From assembly GCA_028023455.1 (NCBI GenBank), contig JAQFVV010000003.1, positions 24,180,001-24,244,000 on the forward strand: DNA of 64,000 nucleotides. Direction: 5' to 3'. Of this stretch, positions 11,305-24,121 are shown in pieces (position 1 is the first letter of the stretch; each line of letters begins with the position of its first letter). The translations under genes and the position numbers were made by a program. The DNA comes from Epiperipatus broadwayi. Lineage: Eukaryota; Animalia; Onychophora. The notes beneath the pieces are model-generated. The model was not told where the DNA came from. It worked only from the letters and a program-made list of their open reading frames with translations, and searched no databases.

Positions 11305-13538
11305 ATTAATTAAGTAGATATTTTAATTAAAGAAAATCTTTTGATCTTGACAAGAATTTTTGGAATCTTGCCTGTTTCTACTCATTATAAAGAAAACAAA
11401 TCAAAAATCACTTTTTGAGAATATATACATATAACGGATTAAATCCCGGAAAAAGAAACCTTATTAATTCAAATTAACATGGCTATAGTTGTTTTTTTTT
11501 TCCAATACTTTTTTAAAAATTATTTTAATTCTGGATAGCTGAATTCTAACTCAATAGAGGCAATCATTTTTTATGGATACTTTAAAATAATAATTTGAAT
11601 TTAATTTTGAGTTTTTAAAAAAAAAGCTTTATTTTTAAGGGACAGAATATAGGATACATATTTAAAAAATTACATAAAATGCACAATAATAATAGCTATG
11701 TAATAAATGTTAGATTGTTGCTGGAGGTGATTATGCAGTCCACTAATATTCCCACTCACCATTCTTATCATTGTTCAACATTTTTACCCACACCTGCAAG
11801 GCCTAGGGCAACTAATATTTTAGAGGCTTTCAGAATTTAAAATAAAAACATGGTGTGTGAGAGAGAGAGAGAAGAAATGAGAGTTTTTACTTTGGGTCAC
11901 AGAAACGAGCAAGCAGATCAGATCCAGATAGCACTTGGATAGAGTAGATTCACTCTAGCACTGTTAGTATTGTAAAACACTGTTAGCACAGAACTAACTG
12001 ACAAGGAGCTGAGACTATTAGTTCTGCCAGTCTCCAAGTGCTGCAGTCACTTTCGTTATAGAGTCATCAAATTTGCACCTCATCTCTAAACTGATTTATG
12101 TTTTTGACTCATGGTGTGCCTGCTCAAAAAAGTTTTTTTCAAATAATTTTTGAGGAATTTAACTGTAAAATTAAGACCATTCCACAAGCTGTGGTGTCAC
12201 TTTGCCTTCTATATTTTTGTTTAACATAGTGAGTTGCCAAGTTAAGGTCCCTAATATTGTGAGGCTTGGGGCAGCTGCTCCTCCTATCCCTTCTCTGATT
12301 GGCTCTGCCTGCATGTCTTTGGGTGTGAAAATGAAATAATTTCATGGCAACATTTTTACTATGACTGAAAATAGAAGTTTTATATTTGAAAATAAGCTAA
12401 CCATTTTTAATAGACAAACAGAACATTGTCTTATATGGAAAAGTATTTAGGATTTATCTTGGTCAGATTTCATTGCTTTATTCAATAAATATTGATTGCT
12501 GATGCAATTCAATATTTATTTTGGAATTTCTCTGTGCTCATTAGATATAGATGGTAATGAAAAAATATTAGCAATCAATTAATCATATTCACATAAAACT
12601 GACTGCCTATCTAGCAGAGTAGTTTGAATAGATGCAGAGATTCTTTCTCCAGTGTCTTACATCATTAGATTTTTGTCTTGTGCATTGGAGTAGTTATTGT
12701 TTGTAAAACAGCCTTTAAATAGCTCTGTCAGAGCAAAAATTTAGCAGCAGTCTTTTATAAAAAAATATAAAAGTAGAGAGCAGTATTAATCAAGCTTTCT
12801 GATTGGCAGATAGTGATGGTTTGAGAAGTTTTTCACACTTGTTTTACTCTCTAAATAATAATAGCTAGATACCATTTTGCTAATTAATATTAAATGATTA
12901 GCTAAAACTACTATGCATTGGCCATATTAAAGTAAAAACCAAAACATGTTTAAATTTTTTTTAATTTACTTAGCTCAGATTTGAATCCAGATTATAAGCA
13001 TGGCAATCAGATACACTATTATTGTATCACAAAGCTCTCTTAACATATTGAAACATTTATCTAATAATAAAAAAACTAATTTTATATTTTTATTGTTGGG
13101 TCAAAATAACAGAGCATTGGTAATTTATTTTTAATATAAAAAGATCTTTGATTGCTTCATTGTATATAAAGTTGTTTTTTTTTTAATTGAAGTATCATGA
13201 AAAATAAATTATTGGTAATGTAAATACAGTATATGTTTTTATTATTTGCTAGTGAGGAGTGTTTACTAATAATGTACTCTATGATCATTGGGTAATGTTA
13301 ACTTCAAATAGTATACATAATTGTTTTTGTATAAAGCAGAATGTTTTAATATTTGAATTATGAGTTGTAAAATAACAGGTTATAAGATTGATCTTTGGCT
13401 GAGTAATTAAAAAAAAGGGTCAGTTATGTCAGTTTAGTCAATCAACTGAAATTACAGCAGTCCGATTACTATTGGAGTATTTGAACATCATATGACCTTT
13501 CAAACAACTAACCATATGATTATTATTGTTTGTTTCAG

Positions 13539-13656
13539 GGAAACCATCATTAGTTGAACAGCCCCATGATGTAGAAGTTTCATTTGGCAGTCCAGCATAC
13601 TTTTCATGTAAAGCAGATGGTGACCCTGAACCAGAAGTTAGTTGGTTCCATAATAA
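13539..13656 (+). CDS. PXDN: Peroxidasin internal exon, N-terminal half of Ig domain 1 (118 bp, phase 1 to phase 2)
   Basis: Acceptor tttgtttcAG at 13537-38 with a CTAAC branch point at 13508-12; donor GTAAGT at 13657. Translates (x)GG-KPSLVEQPHDVEVSFGSPAYFSCKADGDPEPEVSWFHN-AA. This aligns gap-free with peroxidasin Ig1 as I recall it (human [39 protein letters not shown]). Confidence 0.92.
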
Positions 13657-14439
13657 GTAAGTACACAGATTTGTTTAATTGCTTAGATTGTGATTTTTTC
13701 AAATTATAACTAAAACAGAAACATTAATATGGAAATGTAAAAGAATGAGGTCTTAACATGTGATTGAGAAAAAAATAAAAAGAATGAAAGAAAAAATTAA
13801 TTGTAAGAAAATAATAAGGTAAATAATATTAAAATAAATAATACATTATGAGCTTTTTCACAATACTAAAATAACTTGTGAGTCCCCAAGCTTTTTATTC
13901 TATGTTACTGAAATATATTATTATCGCATAAGCATATTGATATTAAAAAAGCTTTCATGATGCCACCAGAGTCTTGTCTGCAGTACTGTATTATATAATA
14001 CAATGTATTTAGAATAATTTGATGCCATCAAAAACATTTTCTAATGAGTACCAGCTGAAGTTCATGATTCTCATCAGCTTTTTATTATTAGTTTTTACTT
14101 GTATTTTTTGTCAGAGTAGAATCTAAAAGGAAATAACTGTTCAAAAGTCATTTGAGGAATAACTAAAATATTCTTCTACGACATTTGTGCACATTCTACT
14201 AAGGATCTAAAACCACACATACATTTTTATGTGCATTTATAAATACATTTGAATAGTTAGATAATTTTATAATTAAAGTGCACTGCACCATTATATTTAT
14301 TCTATTATTTTGACTTATATTTACCAATCTTGTAAGCTATTTTTAACAAATGACCAATTACATATATACCCAAAATTAATTTAAATTAGGATAGGTATCT
14401 ATTTGATTTTTTTCCTCATGTTACAATTTTAACTATGAT

Positions 14440-15000
14440 TATTTCACTGCAGAATGAATGATTCCTTGAGTTTAATCCAGTTTTTCTGATTTATAGTTTC
14501 TTTTCTTCACAGTATCTCTTCTTATTTCATTAATCCATCTTGCATATAATTCTTTCTAAGTCTTTTTTCAAGGGATTTGGTTCAAGAATTCAATGTCTAT
14601 CCATTGTCATTTGTTTTATTGAGATGTCCAGTATAACTTATTTTAGTTTATTGATTTTTTTAACCAATTTCTTTCATTTTTTGGGCCACATGTCTAAAAC
14701 ACTAAAAGGACTTTTAAAAAATGCTGCTTCTCTTTTCAAAGCATTCTATATTTTTTATGTGTATGATGACATGCTTTTCATTTTCATCAAATGCAATACT
14801 AATTTGCTTTAAATCTTATTTAAATAACCTTCTACAAATATACACTAGTTTTTTTTTTTAATTTTAATGCCTCTTAACTCCTGTACATGGGAATATGCTT
14901 CAGGAGGGCATGATTAAGTGTTATGCATAATCAGTTCCCAATTTGCAACAGATATTAAGACCATAGATATGTGTTTCCTTGAGAATGGCTTTATAAATGA
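14440..15000 (-). mobile_element. RTE 3' fragment, antisense
   Basis: The reverse complement contains ctggacatctc...gacaatggatagacattg and ctggattaaactcaaggaatcattcattctgcag (WIKLKESFILQ). This is equivalent to WIELGETFILQW at 28.4 kb. Confidence 0.7.
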
Positions 15001-16679
15001 TTTTATAACCATTCCAAAACAGTATTAATCTTTCAGAATATTATTGTTTGCATGATTTAAATACTAATCATCTCTGATAATCTTCATCATTTGCTATAGC
15101 TTAAATAACATTTAGTTATTATTTTGTGAATGACTATTTATTGTTTATAAGGCCTTGAGATTTCTCTAACACATGTTTATTTATTTAATTGTTTATGTAT
15201 GTTGTTGTTATGTATTTAGTAATAATAAAATAAAACACAAACATTAATTGGTATTAACTACTACAGGAGATCTTCATTGATTAGATTTATCAGTTCCACA
15301 AAAATATATATATATGGTAAACAGTTTCAAATGCTTGTAGAAAAGTATAAAGGTAAAGCTTTCATTATCTCTCAAAACTTTCTCATTGTGAATAATAAAG
15401 AGTATTAACCAGATTTGCTAAATGCCAAGTTGTAAGGGTTTGAAGGTTTTCTACACTTAAGAATAGTTAGATACCAACTGCCTACTTATTTTGGATTGTT
15501 AGCAGTATTGACTGTGAGCTGGCTATCTAAAAAAAAAAATTCTAAGTAGAATTCAAACTATAAATATATTACATTTATGTTATAACACAAATAATAATAT
15601 TAGTAAGTAATGATATAAAAGAATTTATTTTTCACATTCACATTAAGTTTAAATATATATATATCTTCATGTAATTTTGCCATTATCTATTTTGGCTTCA
15701 AATTTGAAAGTAGACTTAGGAAGTAGATTTTTTTCTTTTTAATATAATAAAGAATATCTTTTTTATTAGATTTTCACATAACTAATAATGATGATTTGGT
15801 AACATGTTTCAGAATGTTTATAGACTAAAGACAGTTTTAAGTTTTTTTCCCTCAATGTATGCACAGCTAAATAAAGTTACACAATGTTTACAATTTTAAA
15901 TGCAGCATTCGTTTTTAATTAATCATTAATTATTTTTCACATAAATTGTAATAGTGTGATTTCAGGTACTATATTGTATTTTCATATGGCAACTAATATC
16001 TACATTTTATCTTTGATAACTTTTAATTTCACATTTGAGCTCTGAATATTGCTTCTTTTTTTTTAACTTAGAGATATTGCTAAAATACTCTTAATTATAA
16101 AAATGCATTGTAATATATTTAAGTAAGTACATAATATGATGATATTGAAAATAACCATATTTTAAAATTATTTGTGAATTTGTGTGCGTGTGTGTTGTTA
16201 GAATTGATATACAGTATTGTGAAATCTATGTATTTTTTGTGAATTTTTGTTTTATGATGCTTATATTCTGTAAAACAGTAATTTTTTTTAATCCATTACA
16301 GATACTAAGGTATGATCATGGGGATCAGTGTTGCCAATTTAATAGTTTTCAAACTAATGCATTTTAAAAAGAAATAAAATATTAGTGATTAAGGCAGTCA
16401 TGTTATTTTAGTGTATTCACGTGACAGCTAATATTTATACGTACAATGTTCAAAACTAAAACGAAATCTGCTCCAAAACATTTTTATTTCAATAAATGAA
16501 ATTATTTATATACGAAGAACATATAAAGGACAATGCAAAACATCAAATGTTTTAAAACATGATAATTTGTGTGCCCATCTTATAATCAATAAAAAGTAAT
16601 AGGCAACATTTTGGCCGTGAAAAGCCAAAAGAACCTCAATATAATAAATTGTAATAATCGCATTATTTTTTGAAAATGA

Positions 16680-16743
16680 GATACACCTTGTCACTAACTG
16701 ACTTACTGACTGATACACTTTGTCACTAACTGACTTACTGACT
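16680..16743 (+). repeat. 32 bp tandem duplication
   Basis: gatacac(c/t)ttgtcactaactgacttactgact x2. Confidence 0.9.
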
Positions 16744-17309
16744 ACAAGACAGCGAAGAATGTCAAGTGATTGGAAGATAATATAGTGATGAATTCTGGGA
16801 AAAGTACTGGTTATCAAAAGCAGATCTTAAAGAAATCTTTTTTCTATTATGGAAATTATTTTTATTTTTTAACTAAAAGAATTTTGATTGTCCATAATTT
16901 CTTTATTTATGTGTATATAATAAATTTTCAATGAACAGTATTATTACTTGCCTAAGAATTTACTTTGATCTTGTTAATCTCACTTAAGTCGTCTCCGGTT
17001 TTACTAATCCTAAACATTGTCTGAAAACGGAATTTTTTGAATTATTGTTTACTTTGAGTACATGTATATGATAAAAATAAATGACTGGTATGTATGTGGG
17101 AGGCGATAATACACTTCTGACGGTACTGAGTCTATACTTTAGTCATTAATGAAGATAGTATTATATTACAAATATATATTTTTATTTTTTATTATTAACA
17201 CATTGACATTAAAATAACCTATCTACATTAATCATGAACTTTTATTATCTAACTAATAACAGATTTCTATTTTCTAATCAATAACTGGACTAAACAGAGG
17301 TCTTAAAAC

Positions 17310-17665
17310 TATTAAAACAAGCAAAACTCTCCATACAGTAGTGACACTCAGTGCAAACCAGAGTAATCAATGGGTGCCAGAAGGCTTGTGCATAAGATCC
17401 CTATCTAGTGCCTACTCATCCAATATCCCAAAACTAGTTTCTGGCTTGTGGCCTTCGTCAGGCTCCTCACTGATGAAGGCCACAAGCCAGAAACTAGTTT
17501 GGGGATATTGGATGAGTAGGCACTAGATAGGGATCTTATGCACAAGCCTCTGGCACTCATTGATTACTCTGGCTTGCATTGAGTGGCACTACTGTATGGA
17601 GAGTTTTGCCTGTTTTAATAACAGTTATGAGCAAGCATAAGAAATGGTGATCATGTGAAATCTTA
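17310..17665. mobile_element. PLE-derived near-perfect fold-back, family A
   Basis: Arms 17310-17461 and 17470-17620 (~150 bp) with an 8 nt loop. The right arm continues ~45 bp. Imperfect direct repeats tcttaaaactatt (17301) and tcttaaagcttatt (17661). Confidence 0.85.
17464..17505 (+). ncRNA. Minimal type I hammerhead ribozyme motif (family A, best-preserved copy)
   Basis: Helix I UCCUCA/UGGGGA; CUGAUGA at 17470-76; A-GGC-cacaa-GCC-A; GAAA at 17490-93; perfect palindromic helix III ACUAGU at 17493-98; triplet GUU. The mirror copy on the - strand has a CUGACGA core (17455-61) but lacks its helix I 5' strand. Confidence 0.72.
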
Positions 17666-17710
17666 AAGCTTATTGTGCTCTGAAATACATTTCCAATGTT
17701 TGTACATTTT

Positions 17711-17772
17711 GAACTTGAACCCAGGTTAAAGAGTATAGCAGATGGCTGTAGTAACTACTCCACTAGAAGGCA
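17711..17772 (-). mobile_element. Possible tRNA-derived SINE head remnant
   Basis: Minus strand has an A-box-like TAGTGGAGTAG and, ~30 nt later, a B-box-like GGTTCAAGTTC. No cloverleaf can be built. Confidence 0.3.
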
Positions 17773-18103
17773 TAACCATTAAACACAATAGTGTAGTATT
17801 AAAGTATTTCATTTGAGAATGAATCTCATCTTTTTAAATGGCACATTTTCAGCATCATCATAAATTTATTTTTGTTAAAAAAATAAAAGCTTAGACTTTA
17901 ACATTTTATATAAGATAACATAGATAATTAAAATCCTTAAATTAATTTAAGTTCAAAACGATTTACTTTTTTTTTAAATGTAGATATCAGTTCTTAATGG
18001 GGTTTTTTTTTTTGGGGGGGGGAGGTTCTTTATCAGTACATTTCTCATCTCAACTCCACCATATCATAATCATCCATCAGTGCTGAAATTTGGATATATT
18101 TTT

Positions 18104-18153
18104 CCCACTATGCATACATTTTTGAAAACAACAACATTTACTCATCAGGTGAG
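18104..18153 (-). ncRNA. Degenerate type I hammerhead-like motif (third sequence type)
   Basis: Minus strand CUCAC-CUGAUGA-GUAAAU guuguu GUUUUC-AAAAA-UGUAUGCAU-A-GUGGG. Helix I CUCAC/GUGGG pairs. G12 reads as A, consistent with CG to CA decay. Helix III is close to the palindrome AUGCAUGCAU. Confidence 0.4.
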
Positions 18154-19639
18154 CCAGAGATATCATATATCTGAATCTCAGTGCTCATGTTGGACAGCTT
18201 TATAATACTCTTTCCTAAGGTAGAGATTGGGTTTTTAATACCTGATGGAAGGATGAAAAATTATTGCACTGCAAAGATTTTTTTAAAAATAAGCTATGAA
18301 TTATCTGCATTGATGTTGCATTATTTAACTTTACAACTTTAAATCAAGTTCAAAGTGATTTGTATGAAGGGTATCATATCATTTATTTTTAACAAAAGCA
18401 TTTTTTTTAATGTAAAAAATTATATTTCACTCTTTTCAAGAAAATATACAATTATCTGCATATGTGCAACATCTCACAGTCCTATGATAGAGCATCTGTC
18501 TGCCATGTGTATTACCTAGAATCAAATTTGCTTAGTAAAATTGAAAATAATTTTTAACAGGCTTAGAATTTTTTTTAAGTGGCAAGCCTGTATCTATCTT
18601 TACTAATAATCTAATAATGGTCATTAATTTGATATCTAACTATTATTAGCTAGAAGGTAAATCAAGGATGAAAAATAGTTAAATTTTCATGACTATACAA
18701 GTGGAAAATCTGGAGAATATTGTCTTTTTCTTCATTATTATTCTTTGAGGTTTGTTGAAGAAACCTTTGCCCTGTAGTAGCCACATAGGAAGACTGTTCT
18801 ACTTTATATATAGATACAATATACTTTGTAAAAATGATAACATCTGATAAATGTTAATGCTTGTTTATCATGATGAAACTAACCACTCACATAGCTGATC
18901 CATCTTTTTAAATAATAAATTGATTTATTATCATACATATGTGTGAGTGTGTAAATTTAGAAAAATAACTTGTGGTACGCTGAAAAAAGAACTAGTATTA
19001 GTTTAAAAAAAAAATCCATGTATGGAATTAAAATCCTTGGTAATTAATAAAGACAACGAAAATAGATTAACATAATAATAATAGATTAATAATAATAATA
19101 ATAGATTGATTAATAAATGCTATTCATATTGTTAAATGAGGCGCAAACTCTCCTTTATTAACTCTGTGTTATACAGGAACGTAATTGTTTATCTGAAAGA
19201 ATATAAAATAAATATTCTGTTTTAAACTTTCTTATACTAGATTCAATAAGCTTACTATTTTTTTTTTACACACAAATATCCACACCCATAATATTAGTAC
19301 TTGTTTATTTACTTTTTTATATAATTATTAACAAATTAAAAGAAAATAATTTTTTAGTGTCATTAAAAAAAATTTCTAAAAAAAAATTGGATAGATGAAA
19401 TTTAATTAAATGGTGTTAATTAGCTTGAGAAATATGATATCTAATCTTCTAGAATATATAATTACATTGAGTTATTATCTCTTTGTTCAAGATGCCTTTA
19501 TAAATTTTGATAATTACCCACACTGAACTACTCAAAACTTTGAAGATATTTTATTTCTAATTTTAAATTAGCTTTTCTTATAGCTATTTAGTTATAAGAA
19601 TTTACAATTATATAAATAAATTTATTTAGAATATTTTTT

Positions 19640-22300
19640 GTCTTTTTAGGTGTTTAATAACATATTAATTATTATGATGTTTCCACCCATGCTGTTGTTA
19701 TCTTCCATCTTTATTTACCACCAGATTTTTAGAACATTTTGCACTTTTCTGTTGAATGCTGTGATCAAAATTAACATGGCTAATTGTATTCTCAGCATTT
19801 ATTTATTCATTTCCTTGCTGACCATGGTAATGGCCGAAATTTTCACAAAGCAATTCATATGACCAAATCTTTTGATTCTGATTCATTATTAACCAGTTTT
19901 GATATTCATAGAGAGCATATTAGGAAGTATCATAATTTGAATAATTCTGATTCTTTTTAAAATTATGTTTCAACATTTAAGAATTTTTTATGTTTTATTG
20001 TGATTCTGCCTAATATTACACTATTATGAATTCCTAGACATTTATATCCTTTATTGTCAACAAACAATCCAAAAATGCAAAATCTATTATCAGCTTTTAT
20101 GTTCATAAATTAATTTTAAAGATAGCTATTGTCCCAGCCACCATTTTGCATTTTAATATTTAGATTTAATCCATTTTTTCACTCTGTTTTTTTTTTTTTT
20201 TTTTAAGAGTTAAAAGTCCTTTTTATGGTTTAGTGCATTGTAGACTAACAGACAAGATCATGGATTAATACCCAAATCTATCCTGTCTGGCATTTAACTT
20301 ATGAATTTCCTAGCAATAAAGCTATTCAACTATTAATGTTAAGTCTTTAGATCTACATTTTCATCTTTGAGTATAATGTGATCACTTTCTTTAGCAATCA
20401 TTTCATTTTATTTCTGATTTTTTTTTTTTTTATGTTTTCTTATGAAAATTAAGTTAGAACAGTGCCAATATAAAGTTATACCTAATTTTTTGTTGAAATT
20501 CAACTAGTCTAATTCATCATTCGTGGACTGCCATAGAAGTGTTTCCATTTTCCTAAGAATATTAAATAATTTAGTTTATTGAATCAAATGTGTTAACATA
20601 ATCAATAAAGCACATGTTGAGTTTCTTCTCATCATATTTGTTATCCACCATATGACATTGATTACTGCTGTATTTTTTTATTTTAGTTTTAATCACTTGA
20701 ATATAGTCTTATTCAAATTATTATATAAGAGAGATTTGTACAATAGTTTGTACTTTAACAATACTAATTTTATTTGTATAGGGTTATAAATGGATATTTT
20801 CCAATCTGCAATTCATCAGAAATTTTTTCAGATAATTGACATAATTTGATCTGCACTATATAGATTCTTATTCAACTTTTTGTAATGCTTGTGCTTAAAT
20901 ACCATGTGAATATATATTTGGCAATGACTTTGTGTTTCATTATTATTAAAGTTGTATGTAAATGAGTTTCACTATTTAATTTTTCTTATTGTAATTACAT
21001 TCTGCCTATTGGTATTTTTTTTTTTGCAAAATTTTTGATTTTGTGAATTTTCCAAGATTTACTCAATTTTCAGATTTCATTTCATTTTATTGTCTTATTG
21101 TAATATTGTTTCTTGTTTTTCTTGATGCTTTTTAGATTTTTTGGTTCAATTACCTCAAAATACTTCTCTGTCACTCTTGCTTACCTTTGTATCTTTCATC
21201 ATCCATTTTCTTTTTATAGTTATTTCATTTTACTCAAACTTTTTTTAATTAATGTTTAATTATTACTTTTATTCCCACCAATAATTCATCTATTTCTTTA
21301 TCAGTTATATAAAATTTCAAATTAATATTTTATGTTATTCTTTTGGTTATATTTAGTAAGTTAAGCAAGCTTGCATATTATCCTTGTGAATTCACACAAA
21401 AAATTTATCCATTACATAATTTTCTCTGGCTATTATTTATACTATATAACCAAAGATTTCACTTTGTCCCATTTGAGTTAGGGATAAAATAACTAAATTA
21501 AAGCTCACTTGGTTATCTTTAATGTTCAAAGATCACAAGACCTTCTAAGCAATTAATTATTTGATTATTTTTTACTGATGTTTTTCATCACTGGTTATCA
21601 CAACATTATATTTTTGATACTTGATGTCAAAATTTAATGTCTTTTATTTTTGTAAATTCTATTAAATAATATTTTTATATAGCTGATATTTTTGATTTTT
21701 TGAAAAATATGTTGGAATAAAGTGATCATTGAATTCTCAAGAAGCTATGAGTTACTATCAGATTCATTTTTTCTCTCACTCACATTGTCTAATGCCGTTA
21801 TTTTTTTATCCAATTTTAACTTTGGTAGTTCATACACAAATCACTAGAGGTATACTTTACATGTATGCTTTTCAAATTTCTGACTGAACTTTATTATAAA
21901 AGTTTAATTTGTTTTTTTAATTGCTAGAATTCTTGGGTCATAAGCTTATATTATTGTACTATAGAAAAAGCATAGGGGAGTTGGTATATTCACTATATTT
22001 TATTCCAAGCTCCTCTTTTCATAGATTGGATAACGCATGTAATAGCTCACATTTTGTTGATAAGGTTTGACTATAATAGAATACATAGTTTATTGAACTA
22101 CTCATGTACAATGCTTTTCAGCATATATATAATGCAGATGTTTTTCAATCTGGATATTTTTTTCTTCAGTAAACTTTTTCCCCCATAGAAATAAAGTGAT
22201 GTGTCTGTTATCAGAAGACTCTGTCCCCTCTAGTTATTTTGATATTTTCAATGTTAAACCAAAAAAAAAAAGATCATATATTCTCATCACACTGAGGCAG
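19640..22300 (-). mobile_element. Old, heavily decayed BovB-like RTE LINE, antisense
   Basis: Minus-strand remnants in the correct order: endonuclease-like region at ~21.95-22.25 kb, NYCT-ISLI (~20730), CFIDYVNTFDSIN (20574-20615), LFNILRKM, GLNLNIK (~20150-20183), PWSARK (19811-19827). The T-rich strand asymmetry fits an antisense LINE. Confidence 0.7.
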
Positions 22301-23578
22301 AAAAATTGCTGCATGTTGTATTGTAAAATTTATTAAATTTATGAATTTTAATGTTTTTACTTTCTATTTCCATTTTTGTTTATTTGTTTACATTTTTTTT
22401 TTAATAGCATATAATTTTGAAGTAGTGTATATTGATGCAGCATATACTGCATTTTCACTGTATTTTCAAAACAAACTTCTATTTGATAATTTATAACATT
22501 GTATGTAATGACAATCCTTGCAATCTTTTTTTCTGATGATGCAAGCCATATTATTGTCTTTGACTTGAATGTTCTTCTGAATTAGCATTTTCAGGCAAGT
22601 CTAGTGGAATATGTAAATGATTCATTTTATCTTTTCATATTAAGCTTTTTTTAATTTTTATTTCACCAATCTAAGGTATATCCTTTTTTTTTTAAATCTC
22701 ATGTTTACTTTTTTTATTATGACATTACCATATGTAATGCAGTTGCAGTAGTAAAATAAAAGATTCTAGAGCTAAAAGTTTTTTAGTCACAATCCAACCA
22801 TTATCACTTCTGATGTGTAAATGTCATTTGAGCTCCACTAATTTTATGATTATAAATCCACAATATTGTGCATGGTAGCAGTCTCTAGAAAAGACCTTTG
22901 GTTTTTTTTAGCAGCAATGGTGACCTGGTGCTGGAATTTAACCCAATTTGCTATCTCTGTGTAAAAACTTTGTGCATTTGGTATACAGTTTATTTGTCTT
23001 AAATGGATTGTCATTGATATCATTTTATATTATTTCTTTATAATATAGGTATTAGAATTAAGAATTTACTAAAGAGAATGTAATACAAAAAGCAGATTTA
23101 GATTATTTTTTCATATATCTATCCTATAAACCTCCTAGCTAGTCATCTTAATCTGACTTAATCAGATAAGCACTGATGTGTTGACTATAAAAATAACAGA
23201 ACATGATTATCAATATTTTACAATCTTCACTACTGATAAAATGGTATTATTCTTCTGTAGGAACAGAATATGATTTACTTTTACTTTTTTTAAAAAAAAA
23301 AAACAAATAAAAAAAAGCAAGTTAGAAAAAGAAACAATTAGTAATAATAAGCAAAAGGTATAAATTCATTTTTATGAAAAATTATTGAAAGAGGGAAGAT
23401 ATAATCAGTAGATGCAAATGCATTTTAACCTTTGTTGTTAATCCCAAATTATTGTAATGTTAAATATAATTAAATAAATAATAATAATTGAATATTTTCT
23501 TCCTGTTAATAGGGAATCTCTAACTTTTGGATTCATCATTCTGCCATTACATATAATTATTTACAAAAGAAGATAATC

Positions 23579-24121
23579 TATAGGGTATATGAGCACAGAC
23601 TTTCACACCACTCACTATTCTATCTCATATCACTGATACAATCGAACATATATATATCGAAAAGATAAATAATCATCAATATACATATTTCATGCTAAAC
23701 CAGCAATCACAGTTAGTCCAGATTATCATCTCCACACATATATGCAATAAGTGCTCAGATATATATTAAGACAACCAATCTTCATACTTTAATAGACAGG
23801 CTTCAATCCACTCTACACTCCAACTCTTCAACTATCCATCCAATTGAAAATCTGAAGATGGTTGAAAAGTTGGAGTGTGGAGTGAATTGAAGCCTGTTTA
23901 TTAAAGTATGAAGATTGGCTATCTTAATATATATCTGAGCATTTATTGCATAAATGTGTGGAGATGATGATCTGTACCAACTGATGATTGCTGCTTTAGC
24001 ATGAAATATATATTAGTGATTATTTATCTTTTCGATATATATATATGTGTGTGTTTGAGTGTATCAATGATATGAGATAAAGTGGTAAGTGGTGTGAAAG
24101 TCTGTGCTCATATACCCTATA
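23579..24121. mobile_element. Fold-back element, family C (probable PLE terminal repeat)
   Basis: Arms 23579-23836 and 23857-24121 (~260 bp) with a 20 nt spacer. A single-arm relative sits at 32225-32480. Confidence 0.75.
23976..24017 (+). ncRNA. Type I hammerhead ribozyme motif (family C, unrelated in sequence to family A)
   Basis: Helix I ACCAA/UUAGU (ACUAA in the mirror arm, which pairs perfectly); CUGAUGA at 23981-87; helix II UGCUG-cuu-UAGCA closed by U/U; GAAA at 24003-06; palindromic helix III AUAUAU; triplet AUA. Confidence 0.55.

Noticed and set aside
11797-12320. GC-richer block with hAT-like ends (caaggcctagggc ... ggctctgcctg)
   Set aside because: It is probably a TE remnant, but the ends are not convincingly inverted and there is no TSD, so I cannot call the family or boundaries.
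19630-19660. Strong polyY-AG immediately followed by GT (also at 60008-60011) as recursive splice sites
   Set aside because: The reconstituted donors (GTGTTT, GTCATT) are poor matches to GTAAGT, and polyT-AG is common in this composition.
23850-23875. CTGAAGA-tggtt-GAAA at the centre of the family C palindrome (similar string at 40453-40470) as extra hammerheads
   Set aside because: No helix II pairing and no helix I or III. The 23.85 kb string is created by the fold-back junction.
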